DNA from: Gammaproteobacteria bacterium
GTDB taxonomy: Bacteria > Pseudomonadota > Gammaproteobacteria > Arenicellales > Poriferihabitantaceae
Direction: 5' to 3'
Length of the DNA stretch: 64,000 bases
Assembly (NCBI GenBank): GCA_026709505.1
Contig: JAPOSW010000080.1
Span: forward strand, 4,811-68,810
Positions 41,275 through 50,729 of the stretch are shown piece by piece. The position numbers and the translations under genes were made by a program. The notes below the pieces were generated by a model, which did no database searches, was not told where the DNA came from, and was given only the letters and a program-made list of their open reading frames with translations. Every line of letters starts with the position of its first letter. Position 1 is the first letter of the stretch.

Positions 41275-42825
41275 TTACAGGGAATTCAGGAACGCAATCA
41301 GGGCCTTGCGCTCGGCACGAGTCATCGCCATGACCTGCTGTTTTGAATTTTCAGCCTCGCCACCATGCCAGAGAATGGCCTCCAGCAGATTGCGTGCACG
41401 GCCATCATGCAGGAAATACGTGTGTTCGTTCACAGTTTCAGTGAGACCGATTCCCCAAAGCGGTGGCGTTCGCCATTCCCGCCCGTTTGCTTCACCTTCA
41501 ATGCTTCCGTCTGCGAGTCCTTCCCCCATATCATGCAGGAGCAAGTCGCTGTAGGGCCATATCAATTGAAACGACTGTTCTTCGCCTATCGAGTCGCGGC
41601 GAGTCACAAATTTCGGACGGTGACAACCGATGCAGTTTGACTCATAAAACAATCTCTTGCCCTCCAGTACCTGCTGGTCCTGCACATCCCTTCGAGCTGG
41701 AACACCAAGATTGCGGGTGTAGAAAGTGACCAGGCTCATCAGTTCTGAATTGATTTCAACAGGGAGTTCAGTGGTTTCTCCACCATGTGGGCTCGTCAGG
41801 CACTCTAGCTGCACTTCGGTGCAATCACCATGTGGATTGGGATATAGTGGAGTAGCAATGCCAATATCCGCAAGAAACGCGGAGGCCGATTGCTGTGCAA
41901 CTGTCGGATTGCCTCCCTTCCAGCCAAATCGACCCAGCATCAACCTGCCATATTCATCGCTCCAGACGATATTGGCCCGCCCGGATATGCCATCGCCATC
42001 CTGATCATCAGAATCCACCCAGGACAGAATATCGTCTTCGGCGATGGCCTCCAACAGACCCATTCCGATCACTGGAGGCGCAACACGCGGTGATAGCCCT
42101 GCATCGTGATGCAAAGGCCCGTATGACAACTCGTCGACTTCATAGCGCGGTCTACGGAGATTCACAATTTCGCCATCTGCCAATTCAACCGGGGTTTCTT
42201 CATAGGATATTGATATCTCGGTCTCGGCACTAACTCCCTGAACCGAAAAATTCTGCAGCTGATCGCCATAAGTGGGATCAGGAATTGATTTCCTGCGCTT
42301 GCTTTTCAAAAGTTCCATTTCTGCATCCGTCAGTGGCTGGATCGAAACGCGAAAAATCATGCTTTTTGCCTTCTGTCCAGGTGCAGGCGGCTGACCGCGC
42401 CCGTCCTTGACGTGGCAATCCTGGCAAGAACGGGCATTGAACAGTGGACCCAGACCATCAGAGGATTTCGTCGAGCTTGGCGAGGATACCCAGAACTTGC
42501 GAAAGAGTCCGTTTCCAACAAAAAACTGAGCCTTTCGCTCAAAAGACATATTGGCTGACGGATGCGAAAATGAATTGACATTGAGAAACTCAAAAACTGT
42601 TGCAGCGCCTCCAGACCGGGCTTCATATTTTTCCGCCTTGGAAAAATCCTCCGAGGGTTTGGTAATGGCCTCGATACGTTGACGTTCCGACTGAGACTGT
42701 GCGTAACTAGCCGAAAGAATCACTATGGAAAAAATACCGCAGGCCAGGATCAATATCTGTCGCACTGGGCCGTGCATGGTTATTGAATTCTGATTTCCTC
42801 TGGATTCCACAATTACAGCTTTCAT
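41275..42825 (-). CDS. di-heme cytochrome c oxidoreductase (DUF1111 / 'thiol oxidoreductase' family)
   Basis: 516 aa with two CxxCH motifs (CQDCH, CIGCH) and an N-terminal TM/signal segment. Confidence 0.85.
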   Translation of the reverse strand: MKAVIVESRGNQNSITMHGPVRQILILACGIFSIVILSASYAQSQSERQRIEAITKPSEDFSKAEKYEARSGGAATVFEFLNVNSFSHPSANMSFERKAQFFVGNGLFRKFWVSSPSSTKSSDGLGPLFNARSCQDCHVKDGRGQPPAPGQKAKSMIFRVSIQPLTDAEMELLKSKRRKSIPDPTYGDQLQNFSVQGVSAETEISISYEETPVELADGEIVNLRRPRYEVDELSYGPLHHDAGLSPRVAPPVIGMGLLEAIAEDDILSWVDSDDQDGDGISGRANIVWSDEYGRLMLGRFGWKGGNPTVAQQSASAFLADIGIATPLYPNPHGDCTEVQLECLTSPHGGETTELPVEINSELMSLVTFYTRNLGVPARRDVQDQQVLEGKRLFYESNCIGCHRPKFVTRRDSIGEEQSFQLIWPYSDLLLHDMGEGLADGSIEGEANGREWRTPPLWGIGLTETVNEHTYFLHDGRARNLLEAILWHGGEAENSKQQVMAMTRAERKALIAFLNSL

Positions 42826-42861
42826 ATGAAAATCATCTTGATTGGCAAGGGAAGGTAGCAG

Positions 42862-42885
42862 GGGTCATGCACCCATATGCGTTAA
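42862..42885. repeat. 24-bp site, copy 1 (gggtcatgcaccc + atatgcgttaa)
   Basis: The 13-mer is identical to 43038-43050. The adjacent 11-mer is the inverted complement (10/11) of 43027-43037. Confidence 0.8.
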
Positions 42886-43026
42886 TTTATTCACTTTTGA
42901 TCTCTTTTTGACCTCTTTAATAATTTCTAAATTTCATGATTTTGGGAGATTTGATCGTGTTTTTCGGCAAATTCCAGCATTTTCCCCACCCAAAGTCATG
43001 CTTAATATTACAAAGCATGTAACAAG

Positions 43027-43050
43027 TTAACGCTTATGGGTCATGCACCC
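43027..43050. repeat. 24-bp site, copy 2 (ttaacgcttat + gggtcatgcaccc)
   Basis: Same evidence as copy 1. The two sites bracket about 140 bp of AT-rich divergent-promoter DNA. Confidence 0.8.
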
Positions 43051-43069
43051 TGCCTCAATATCAGAAAAT

Positions 43070-43094
43070 AATAATAAGAATTATTCTTGTTATT
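43070..43094. promoter_or_regulatory. Fur-box-like AT-rich palindrome
   Basis: aataataagaat-t-attcttgttatt is a 12-1-12 palindrome with one mismatch, built of AATAAT/TATTAT-type hexamers. It overlaps the -35 of the promoter listed next. Confidence 0.35.
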
Positions 43095-43115
43095 ATCTGT
43101 GTTTCTCATTATAAT
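43087..43115 (+). promoter_or_regulatory. candidate sigma70 promoter of the plus-strand imelysin gene
   Basis: TTGTTA, 17 nt, TATAAT. Confidence 0.4.
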
Positions 43116-43288
43116 TCAAATCCGGTGTTGATGCAGAAATCTGAATATCGATTATAACGGCAAGGCCTGAGCGGCAAGCATTGCAGTGCCCGTAGCCTTC
43201 GAGTCCGTTCAGGAGCAACTCTGCAAGCCGGCAAGCCCTTCTTATTCCAGAAGGAAAACAATGATTAATGCAAATGAGGTTACTGAAT

Positions 43289-44584
43289 ATGACAGCAAGA
43301 AAAACCAAGACGTCCATACTGCTTGCGTTCAGCCTGCTGATTCCGGGTCTGATTCCGGTTTCGTCCCTTGCGGGAGTTTCGGCAACGGCAGGTGATGTAC
43401 TGGAGCACTATGCCAAGCTGGCCAGGGCGAAATACGAGGATGCGCTTGTTTCGGCTCGCGACCTGCAAGGTGCGGTCAGCGAGCTTGTGGACAATCCGAC
43501 CGAAGACAGTCTGGCAAAGGCGAAAGGCGCATGGCTGGCCGCCAGGATTCCGTACCAGCAGAGCGAGGTCTACCGTTTCGGCAATGCGATCGTTGACGAC
43601 TGGGAGGGCAGGGTCAATGCATGGCCACTCGACGAGGGCCTGCTCGACTATGTTGACGCCGGCAGTTACGGCATGGAGTCAGAAGAGAATCCGGGATATG
43701 CGGCGAACATCATTGGCAATGCCAGCATTAGCGTCTCGGGCGAGACCATTGACGTCTCGGAGATCACGAAGGAGCTGATCGCGAAGACGCTCCAGGAGCT
43801 CGGAGGGGCGGAATCGAACGTTGCCACCGGCTATCATGCCATCGAATTTCTGCTGTGGGGGCAGGACCTCAACGGCACGGGGCCGGGAGCCGGCGGGCGG
43901 CCGGCAAGCGATTTCGACACGGCCGGCTGTACCAATGGCAACTGTGACCGGAGGGCGGCATACCTGCAGACCGCAACGGACCTGCTAGTTGACGACCTGG
44001 AATGGATAGTGGATCAGTGGGGTGCCGACGGTGCGGCAACCCGCAACGTCATGGACTCAGGTAGCAAGCAGGGCCTGTCGATAATCTTCACCGGAATGGG
44101 CAGCCTTTCGTACGGCGAGCTTGCGGGCGAGCGGATGCAGCTTGGCCTGTTGCTGCACGACCCCGAAGAAGAGCACGACTGCTTCAGCGACAACACGCAT
44201 GCCTCGCACTACTACGATGCGCTGGGGATTCAGAACATCTACCACGGAACCTACCGGAGGATTGACGGTTCAACTCTGGAGGGTCCGAGCGTATCCGATC
44301 TGGTTGCGGCGGCCAGTGCCGATGCTGACGCCGCTCTGGCTTCTGCCCTTGAAGCGACCATGGTGGCGATGGCCGAAATCGTCGGTGCGGCGGAGGCCGG
44401 CGAGGCCTACGATCAGCAGATTGGCGAGGGAAACGAGGCAGGAAACAGGAGGGTGCAGGCGGCCATCGACATGCTGAAGAACCAGACCGGTGCAATTGAA
44501 GATGCGGTTGCTGTCTTGAATCTCGGGGCCATCGAGTTCGAAGGTTCCGACAGCCTTGATGACCCCGAAGCCGTGTTTGAGTAA
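43289..44584 (+). CDS. imelysin (IrpA/peptidase M75-like) with intact GxHxxE motif
   Basis: Started at ATG 43289 (GAGG 7 nt upstream), followed by a signal peptide. TGYHAIEFLLWGQDL is the imelysin motif. Hand counts of 60-nt samples gave 60% and 70% GC. Confidence 0.8.
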   Translation: MTARKTKTSILLAFSLLIPGLIPVSSLAGVSATAGDVLEHYAKLARAKYEDALVSARDLQGAVSELVDNPTEDSLAKAKGAWLAARIPYQQSEVYRFGNAIVDDWEGRVNAWPLDEGLLDYVDAGSYGMESEENPGYAANIIGNASISVSGETIDVSEITKELIAKTLQELGGAESNVATGYHAIEFLLWGQDLNGTGPGAGGRPASDFDTAGCTNGNCDRRAAYLQTATDLLVDDLEWIVDQWGADGAATRNVMDSGSKQGLSIIFTGMGSLSYGELAGERMQLGLLLHDPEEEHDCFSDNTHASHYYDALGIQNIYHGTYRRIDGSTLEGPSVSDLVAAASADADAALASALEATMVAMAEIVGAAEAGEAYDQQIGEGNEAGNRRVQAAIDMLKNQTGAIEDAVAVLNLGAIEFEGSDSLDDPEAVFE

Positions 44585-44604
44585 ACATTGCCGACCTCTT
44601 GGTA

Positions 44605-44651
44605 AAACGCAGCCAAACACTTCCAACGGGGGGCGTTGGTTGCGTTTTTTT
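44605..44651 (+). terminator. rho-independent terminator
   Basis: aaacgcagccaa...ttggttgcgttt with an inner ccaacg-ggggg-cgttgg hairpin, followed by a T7 run, about 20 nt after the stop. Confidence 0.6.
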
Positions 44652-44745
44652 GGACTCTTGGAAACAAAGCTCCCTGTATACCCCATTACTCCTAATTCCG
44701 GATTTCCGGCCCGGTGAAACAAGCACTGAGCCTGAATTTGACGGC

Positions 44746-44890
44746 CTATTCTGCTTCAGGAGCCGGACTCTCACTGTATTCACTGCCTTTGGATACTATC
44801 GAATAAATGATGCGTGCCAAGCGAGAGATCATGGTACTGGCCAGCAAAATCGCGAGAGAGTTTGCCTCGTAGGCCGTAGGGAAATTACAG
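44746..44890 (-). mobile_element. IS110-family transposase 3'-terminal remnant (~45 codons)
   Basis: ..TAYEANSLAILLASTMISRLARIIYSIVSKGSEYSESPAPEAE* resembles the conserved C-terminus ..A.ARKLARI.YAML..G..Y of IS110-type transposases. A stop lies immediately upstream, so only the tail survives. Confidence 0.3.
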
Positions 44891-44998
44891 TACTGACAGT
44901 TCTAAACCCATACGCTCTTTTCAACATATTTCTACGGTAATATTGTACTCAAACCATGGCTAACCGCCGCACAAGTGGGTACCGCGGGAACGTTGACA

Positions 44999-46103
44999 AT
45001 GATTAAAGGAAAACGAACCACCATACATCTTGAAAATTTCAGCCCGGTATGGGATGCCAAACTAAGTTTAGGTGATTTCACGATTGTTGTAGGCCCGCAG
45101 GCCAGCGGCAAGAGCGTGTTCTTGCAAACCTTGAAGCTGGCAGAAAATCGAAACCATATCCTTGGTTTCTTTGATCAACAAAAGGTTGTCTTTGATTGTG
45201 ACCTACGAGCATTTATTGACAGTTGTTTTGGTCGTAGAATGTCTGGAATGCTGGATAGAAATCCTTCGGTTATATGGGCCGGAAAAAAATACGAACTCTA
45301 GGCATTAACTCGGTTCAAGAAACCGAAAAACAGACAACTGGAACGTCTGTTTTACATTCCGGCACAACGAGTAGTCAGCTTGCCTTCGGGAGTTTCTCTA
45401 ACTTTTACTTTTGGCAGTTTCAGCTTTGGAAAACCCTACGCTGTTCGCTACTTTGCCATCAGACCCATATTCTGCTGCAAACGAATTGAGTTCAAAGACC
45501 GAACTCTTCCCTGCGAAGGGGCGGTTAGATGAAACGTTGAAAAAGCCGATTGCCGACTATCTTTTTGCTGGTGCCACACTTGCAGCAGAACCGCAAGACT
45601 TTACTACGACACTTACATTTGAGATTGATGGGCTGTCCCTCGGCCTCCCATTTTTGACCTAGTAGCTGGTCAACGAGAGTTTGCTCCGCTCCTGCTTGGT
45701 CTTTATTGGCTTTGCCCTGCTAGCAAGCATTCAAAACGGGATGATGTTGAATGGGTCGTGATTGAAGAGCCGGAAATGGGGTTGCACCCCCGGGCAATCA
45801 TGACTTTTTTGCTACTGGTTCTTGAATTAACGAGGAGAGGGTATAAGCTGATAATATCAACTCACTCGACAGTTGTTCTCGACCTTGTCTGGGCTCTTCG
45901 TCATATACATGAATGTGGCGGTACCGAGGCCGATGTTAGAAAACTGCTTGATTTAGGATCAACCCCGACACCTAGAGAAATTGCAATGAGTGCAATAGAC
46001 AAGGAATATACAGGTGTATTTTCTTGAACAGGGAAAACCTGCTCAGGACATCTCACCCTTGGATCCTGGCTCAGAAGACGAGTTTCAAATTGAGGGGATT
46101 TAA
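44999..46103 (+). pseudogene. AAA_21/AAA_15-type ATP-binding protein (defence-associated ATPase type), multiply disrupted
   Basis: Walker A is VVGPQASGKS. There is an in-frame TAG at 45299-45301, then ..ERLFYIPAQRVVSLPSG... The frame changes between about 45400 and 45660 (T5 run at 45651-45655). ..AGQREFAPLLLGLYWL...VEWVVIEEPEMGLHP...IISTHS.. follows. A further shift near 46005 precedes ..VYFLEQGKPAQDISPLDPGSED..*. Confidence 0.65.
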
Positions 46104-46175
46104 TTGGCTTTGCAAGTCACGCCAAAGAAGTAGTCGCAATGGTTGTCAACCGAAAAACAACTTGAGGAAAATGGA

Positions 46176-46625
46176 ATGACTCAATTTCAGGAAACGGCAA
46201 AAAGCGCCGGATTAAATTTCGGTCTCGGACTTCAAGGAATTAAATCCGCACACAGAGACCAGATATTGGTCAAGGGGGATGCTTCAGTAACTGGAAGCAT
46301 TGACCTTGACTCACATTTCAAAAAAGTTGAACCAAGCGCCAATCGATGGGATGATGGTATTGGTCTTAAACGGGTCAAGGAGTTTGCCTTTTGGGTTGAC
46401 GCACGCCCCGCAAACAGTACTGGTGATATTGATGCAATCATCGAAAAACTGACCGGGCTGAAATCAAAGCTGGATATCGATAAACTTAAGCATTTGGCGA
46501 CTCTTACTGGCCACACAAAAGAAATGGATGAAATTCCTTTTCGTTGGATGTACAAGGGAAAAGGGGGTTCGTACCGGCGGCAAGGAATTGCGCCTGTCAG
46601 TAAAACATGGAATGGAACTGCCTGA
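46176..46625 (+). CDS. hypothetical protein, intact partner downstream of the broken ATPase
   Basis: 149 aa from ATG 46176 (GAGGA 7 nt upstream): MTQFQETAKSAGLNFGL...VTGSIDLDSHFKKVEPSANRWDDGIGL..EFAFWVDARPA.... I recognise no family. Confidence 0.4.
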   Translation: MTQFQETAKSAGLNFGLGLQGIKSAHRDQILVKGDASVTGSIDLDSHFKKVEPSANRWDDGIGLKRVKEFAFWVDARPANSTGDIDAIIEKLTGLKSKLDIDKLKHLATLTGHTKEMDEIPFRWMYKGKGGSYRRQGIAPVSKTWNGTA

Positions 46626-46684
46626 AAGAAGCATGAAAATTGGCTAACCCTTGTTTCCGATCTTGATCTGCCAATCGGAAATCA

Positions 46685-47668
46685 ATGAATGACAGGTATA
46701 TCATGAATGAGAAACCCATACTCTGGATAACCCGAAAACTCTCGGCAAACACTGAACGCAGAGCTTCGCAAAACTACCAGGTTATATTGAACCCTGAAGA
46801 TACTCTGGTCACGCCCGATGAAATTGTGAACAGGAGTCATGAGGTCGATGCGATCCTGCCCTGCCACTCAGAAGTCTTTTCTCGGGACGTGGTGCAATGT
46901 CTCGGTCAACGTGTTCGCATCATTGCAAACCATTCTGTCGGTGTTGATCATTGCGACCTCAATGCCCTGTCCGAGCGGGGAATCGTGGTTACCAATACAC
47001 CGGATGTCCTTTCTGATGCAACAGCCGAAATTGCCATGCTGCTACTGCTGGGCGCGGCTCGACGCGCCATAGAAGGCGATACCATGGTTCGAGGCCTCCA
47101 ATGGAAAAGCTGGAGTCCGTCATTCATGGTCGGACACCAGGTGACCGGCAAGCGCCTTGGGATTATTGGCATGGGTCGAGTCGGTCTGGTGATGGCAAAA
47201 CGAGCCGCCGGATTCGATATGCAAATCCATTATCACAATAGAAATCGCCTTGCACCGGAAAGTGAAAACGGAGCTGTCTTCCAAAAGGATCTCGATTCCT
47301 TGCTTCGAGTCTCGGACTTCCTGTCACTACACTGCCCTACTACGGACGAAACCCGTGGATTGATGGATGAACGAGCATTTTCTCTGCTTCCCGATAATGC
47401 AGTTATCGTCAATACCGCTCGGGGTGCGCTTGTTGACGAAAACGCCCTGTTGAACGCATTGACGAGCGGCAAGATTGCTGCCGCCGGATTGGACTGCTTT
47501 CAAGTCGAACCGGGGGGTAACCCAGACTTCGCCGTACATCAGAATGTATTCATGCTCCCGCACATCGGCAGTGCAACCCTTGAGACTCGCGATGCGATGG
47601 GATTTCGTGCTCTTGATAACCTGGATGCTTTTTTCAGCGGCCGGGAGCCACAAGACAGGATAGCCTGA
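46685..47668 (+). CDS. D-isomer-specific 2-hydroxyacid dehydrogenase (glyoxylate/hydroxypyruvate reductase-like)
   Basis: 327 aa with the GIIGMGRVG NAD fold and ..NTARG.LVDE.AL..AL..G.IAAAGLD.F..EP... Confidence 0.85.
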   Translation: MNDRYIMNEKPILWITRKLSANTERRASQNYQVILNPEDTLVTPDEIVNRSHEVDAILPCHSEVFSRDVVQCLGQRVRIIANHSVGVDHCDLNALSERGIVVTNTPDVLSDATAEIAMLLLLGAARRAIEGDTMVRGLQWKSWSPSFMVGHQVTGKRLGIIGMGRVGLVMAKRAAGFDMQIHYHNRNRLAPESENGAVFQKDLDSLLRVSDFLSLHCPTTDETRGLMDERAFSLLPDNAVIVNTARGALVDENALLNALTSGKIAAAGLDCFQVEPGGNPDFAVHQNVFMLPHIGSATLETRDAMGFRALDNLDAFFSGREPQDRIA

Positions 47669-47704
47669 GCCAGTTTCCCGTTTACGACAAGAGTGCTACA
47701 GCTA

Positions 47705-48976
47705 TCAAGACGGTTCAACCGATTTGGCGAACCTTGAAGCTGCTTCATCCATTCGCGCCAGTCCTTCTGCAACCTCCGATTCACTGATATTGAGTGGCGG
47801 GGCTAATCGCAGTACATTCGGACCAGCTACCAAGGTCAGCAAGCCGGATTCATTGCAAAGAGTCATTAGATCTCTGGCCTTTTCCATATGCTGTTCCATC
47901 AGTACACAACCCAGCAAAAGGCCAGTTCCGCGGATTTCCGTGAAAAGGCGATAACGCTGGCTGATATCCTCGAGACCAGATACCAGCTGTTTGCTTCGCT
48001 GATCAACATTGCTCAACATCTCAGGAGTATTGATGATATCAACAACCTTGCTGGCAACCGCACAGGCCATCGGATTGCCGCCAAAAGTACTTCCGTGAGT
48101 GCCCACCGCCAGATGTTCAGCCACTTTGTCAGTGGTTAGAGCAGCGCTCACAGGGAAACCGCAGCCCAAAGCCTTGGCCGTAGTCAGAATATCCGGTATA
48201 ACGTCAAGCTTTTCATGAAGATACAGAGCTCCAGATCGCCCCATGCCGGTTTGGACTTCATCGAAAATCAACAACGCATTGTAGCGATCGCAACAAGCCC
48301 TGAGAGTATCTACAAACTCCTTGGTTGCCGGAGTTACCCCGCCTTCGCCTTGACAGGGCTCAAGAATGACTGCGCATGTCCTGTCTCCGTGTTTATCAAA
48401 CCAGTCGACCGCAGCCTGCGAATGATTATAGGGAAGATGTGAAATGCCGGCAGGATTTGGACCAAAACCCTGACTGTACTTTGATTGCCCTCCAACACTG
48501 ACCGTAAAGAAAGTACGACCATGAAAAGCGTTTTCAAATGCCAGAATTTCATGTTTGTCTTCAGCATAGCGATCTTGGGCAACTCGACGGGCAAGCTTCA
48601 ATGCCGCCTCGTTGGCTTCGGAACCTGAATTCGCAAAAAACACCCTATCGGCGAAAGTCGCGTCAATCAGTTTGCTTGCCAGTTCAAGTGCCGGTTGATT
48701 GGTCAGAATATTGCTGACATGCCAGAGTTTCCTAGCCTGGCTTGTCAGAGCTTCAACCAGCTCGGGATTCGCATGACCCAATGCAGAAACAGCGATGCCT
48801 CCGGCAAAGTCCAGATAGCGATTTCCGGCATCGTCCCACAGCCATGAACCCTGCCCATGTGCCGGAACCATGTTCAAGGGTGCATAATTCGGCATCATTA
48901 CACGGTCGTGCAAATCTCTCCAGTGAGAAGTTCCGGTACAAGACTGGTCTTCAGCGATAGACAGTTCAACAGACAT
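47705..48976 (-). CDS. argD: acetylornithine/succinylornithine-type class III aminotransferase
   Basis: Started at ATG 48976 (MSVELS...), giving 423 aa. Motifs: ..FANSGSEANEAALKLAR.., ..LLIFDEVQTGMGRSG.., TTAKALG. Confidence 0.8.
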   Translation of the reverse strand: MSVELSIAEDQSCTGTSHWRDLHDRVMMPNYAPLNMVPAHGQGSWLWDDAGNRYLDFAGGIAVSALGHANPELVEALTSQARKLWHVSNILTNQPALELASKLIDATFADRVFFANSGSEANEAALKLARRVAQDRYAEDKHEILAFENAFHGRTFFTVSVGGQSKYSQGFGPNPAGISHLPYNHSQAAVDWFDKHGDRTCAVILEPCQGEGGVTPATKEFVDTLRACCDRYNALLIFDEVQTGMGRSGALYLHEKLDVIPDILTTAKALGCGFPVSAALTTDKVAEHLAVGTHGSTFGGNPMACAVASKVVDIINTPEMLSNVDQRSKQLVSGLEDISQRYRLFTEIRGTGLLLGCVLMEQHMEKARDLMTLCNESGLLTLVAGPNVLRLAPPLNISESEVAEGLARMDEAASRFAKSVEPS

Positions 48977-49065
48977 TCGAGATTCCGGTGCTGAAAAATG
49001 TGGAATTTTACACTTAACAATAGCACAATATCCGGAATTACACACTCCTGCCTTTTGGAAAAAAC

Positions 49066-50721
49066 ATGATGCAAGATATCCCCGAACGCGAATCGATGGA
49101 AGTCGATGTGGTGATTGTCGGTGCTGGGCCTGCCGGTCTTGCCACAACCTGCCGCCTAATGCAGCTTGCCGCCAGTAATGACAAGGAATTATCAGTGGTC
49201 ATACTCGAGAAAGGATCAGAAGTAGGTGCGCATATCCTGTCTGGCGCCCTGTTTGAGCCGAGAGCCCTTGACGAGCTGTTTCCCGATTGGAAAAACATGG
49301 GAGCGCCGCTCAATACACCCGTCACCCGCGATGAAGTATATATGTTCAGGAGCGAATCCAAGGCAACTCAAATGCCGAACTGGATGATTCCGAAACCCAT
49401 GCATAACCAGGGTAACTATATCATCAGTCTTGGAGAACTGTGCCGATGGCTCGCTGAGCAGGCTGGAAATCTGGGCGCAGAAGTTTTTCCTGGCTTTCCG
49501 GCATCAGAGGTTCTATTTCACGAAGACGGCAGTATCAAGGGGGTTGCAACCGGAGAAATGGGAAGGGGGGCAGATGGAGAAATCAAGAACAACCATGAAC
49601 CTGGGATGGAACTTCATGCAAGAATCACCGTGTTTGCCGAAGGCTGTCGTGGCCATCTCGGCAAACAACTGATCCGCAAATTTGAACTGGACAAGTCAAG
49701 TCAAACTCAGCACTATGCGATTGGCATAAAGGAGTTGTGGAAAATAGACGAGGACAAGCACAATCCGGGACTGGTGATTCACGGGGCCGGCTGGCCGCTG
49801 TCTGAGAACAATGCTTCCGGTGGATCATTCCTATACCATCTGGATCATCATCTGGTGTCGATGGGCTTGATTACCGACCTGAGCTACGACAACCCCTACA
49901 TCAGCCCTTTCGATGAATTGCAAAGATTCAAACACCATCCCATTATTCGTCAATATCTCGAGGATGGCGAGCGAATCGCCTATGGCGCAAGGGCAATAAC
50001 CAAGGGCGGCATCAATGCACTTCCCAAAATGACCATGCCCAACGGACTGCTGATTGGATGTGATGCCGGCACCCTGAATTTTTCCAAAATCAAGGGATCG
50101 CACACTGCCATGAAATGCGGGATGCTGGCGGCAGAATCTGTATTTCGGACTCTTCAGGGCGAGACGGAACTGGAGGATTTTGAGCGACACTTCAGATCTT
50201 CGTGGCTGCATGAAGAGTTGCATCGATCCCGAAATTTTGGCGCGGCAATCCACAAGTTCGGAGCATGGATGGGGGGTGCCTACAATTACCTGGACCAGAA
50301 CTGGTTTTCCGGTAAACTGCCCTTCAACTTGACCGATCCGGTTCCCGATCATGAATCTCTTCAACATGCAGAGAAAGTTCAGAAAATCGAATACCCGAAA
50401 CCGGATGGAAAACTCAGTTTTGACAAAACCTCTTCAGTGTTTCTCTCCAATACGAACCATGAAGAGGATCAACCGGTTCACCTTTGCCTGACTGAACCTT
50501 CCCGGGCTGTGGAATGGAATCTGCCCAAATATGCGGGACCAGAACAACGCTACTGTCCAGCCGGTGTTTATGAATTTGTAGACGCTGGTGGCAGCCAGAG
50601 ACTGCAGATTAACGCACAAAACTGCGTGCACTGCAAAACCTGCGACATCAAGGATCCGAGTGGAAACATCAACTGGGTTACGCCGGAGGGGACCGGAGGC
50701 CCAAACTATGCCAACATGTAG
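49066..50721 (+). CDS. electron-transfer flavoprotein:ubiquinone oxidoreductase
   Basis: 551 aa with VVIVGAGPAGL and the C-terminal 4Fe-4S region ..YCPAGVYEF...INAQNCVHCKTCDIKDP..I.W..PEGGGGP.Y..M. Confidence 0.92.
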   Translation: MMQDIPERESMEVDVVIVGAGPAGLATTCRLMQLAASNDKELSVVILEKGSEVGAHILSGALFEPRALDELFPDWKNMGAPLNTPVTRDEVYMFRSESKATQMPNWMIPKPMHNQGNYIISLGELCRWLAEQAGNLGAEVFPGFPASEVLFHEDGSIKGVATGEMGRGADGEIKNNHEPGMELHARITVFAEGCRGHLGKQLIRKFELDKSSQTQHYAIGIKELWKIDEDKHNPGLVIHGAGWPLSENNASGGSFLYHLDHHLVSMGLITDLSYDNPYISPFDELQRFKHHPIIRQYLEDGERIAYGARAITKGGINALPKMTMPNGLLIGCDAGTLNFSKIKGSHTAMKCGMLAAESVFRTLQGETELEDFERHFRSSWLHEELHRSRNFGAAIHKFGAWMGGAYNYLDQNWFSGKLPFNLTDPVPDHESLQHAEKVQKIEYPKPDGKLSFDKTSSVFLSNTNHEEDQPVHLCLTEPSRAVEWNLPKYAGPEQRYCPAGVYEFVDAGGSQRLQINAQNCVHCKTCDIKDPSGNINWVTPEGTGGPNYANM

Positions 50722-50729
50722 AGCCTGGA

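Noticed and set aside
44121-44783. Several long ORFs on both strands overlapping the imelysin gene (e.g. 44184-44783 minus, 199 aa; 44270-44722 minus; 44121-44477 plus).
   Set aside because: The translations are Arg/Pro/Ser-rich and low complexity. They overlap a gene with clear family motifs. This is the expected artefact of locally high GC.
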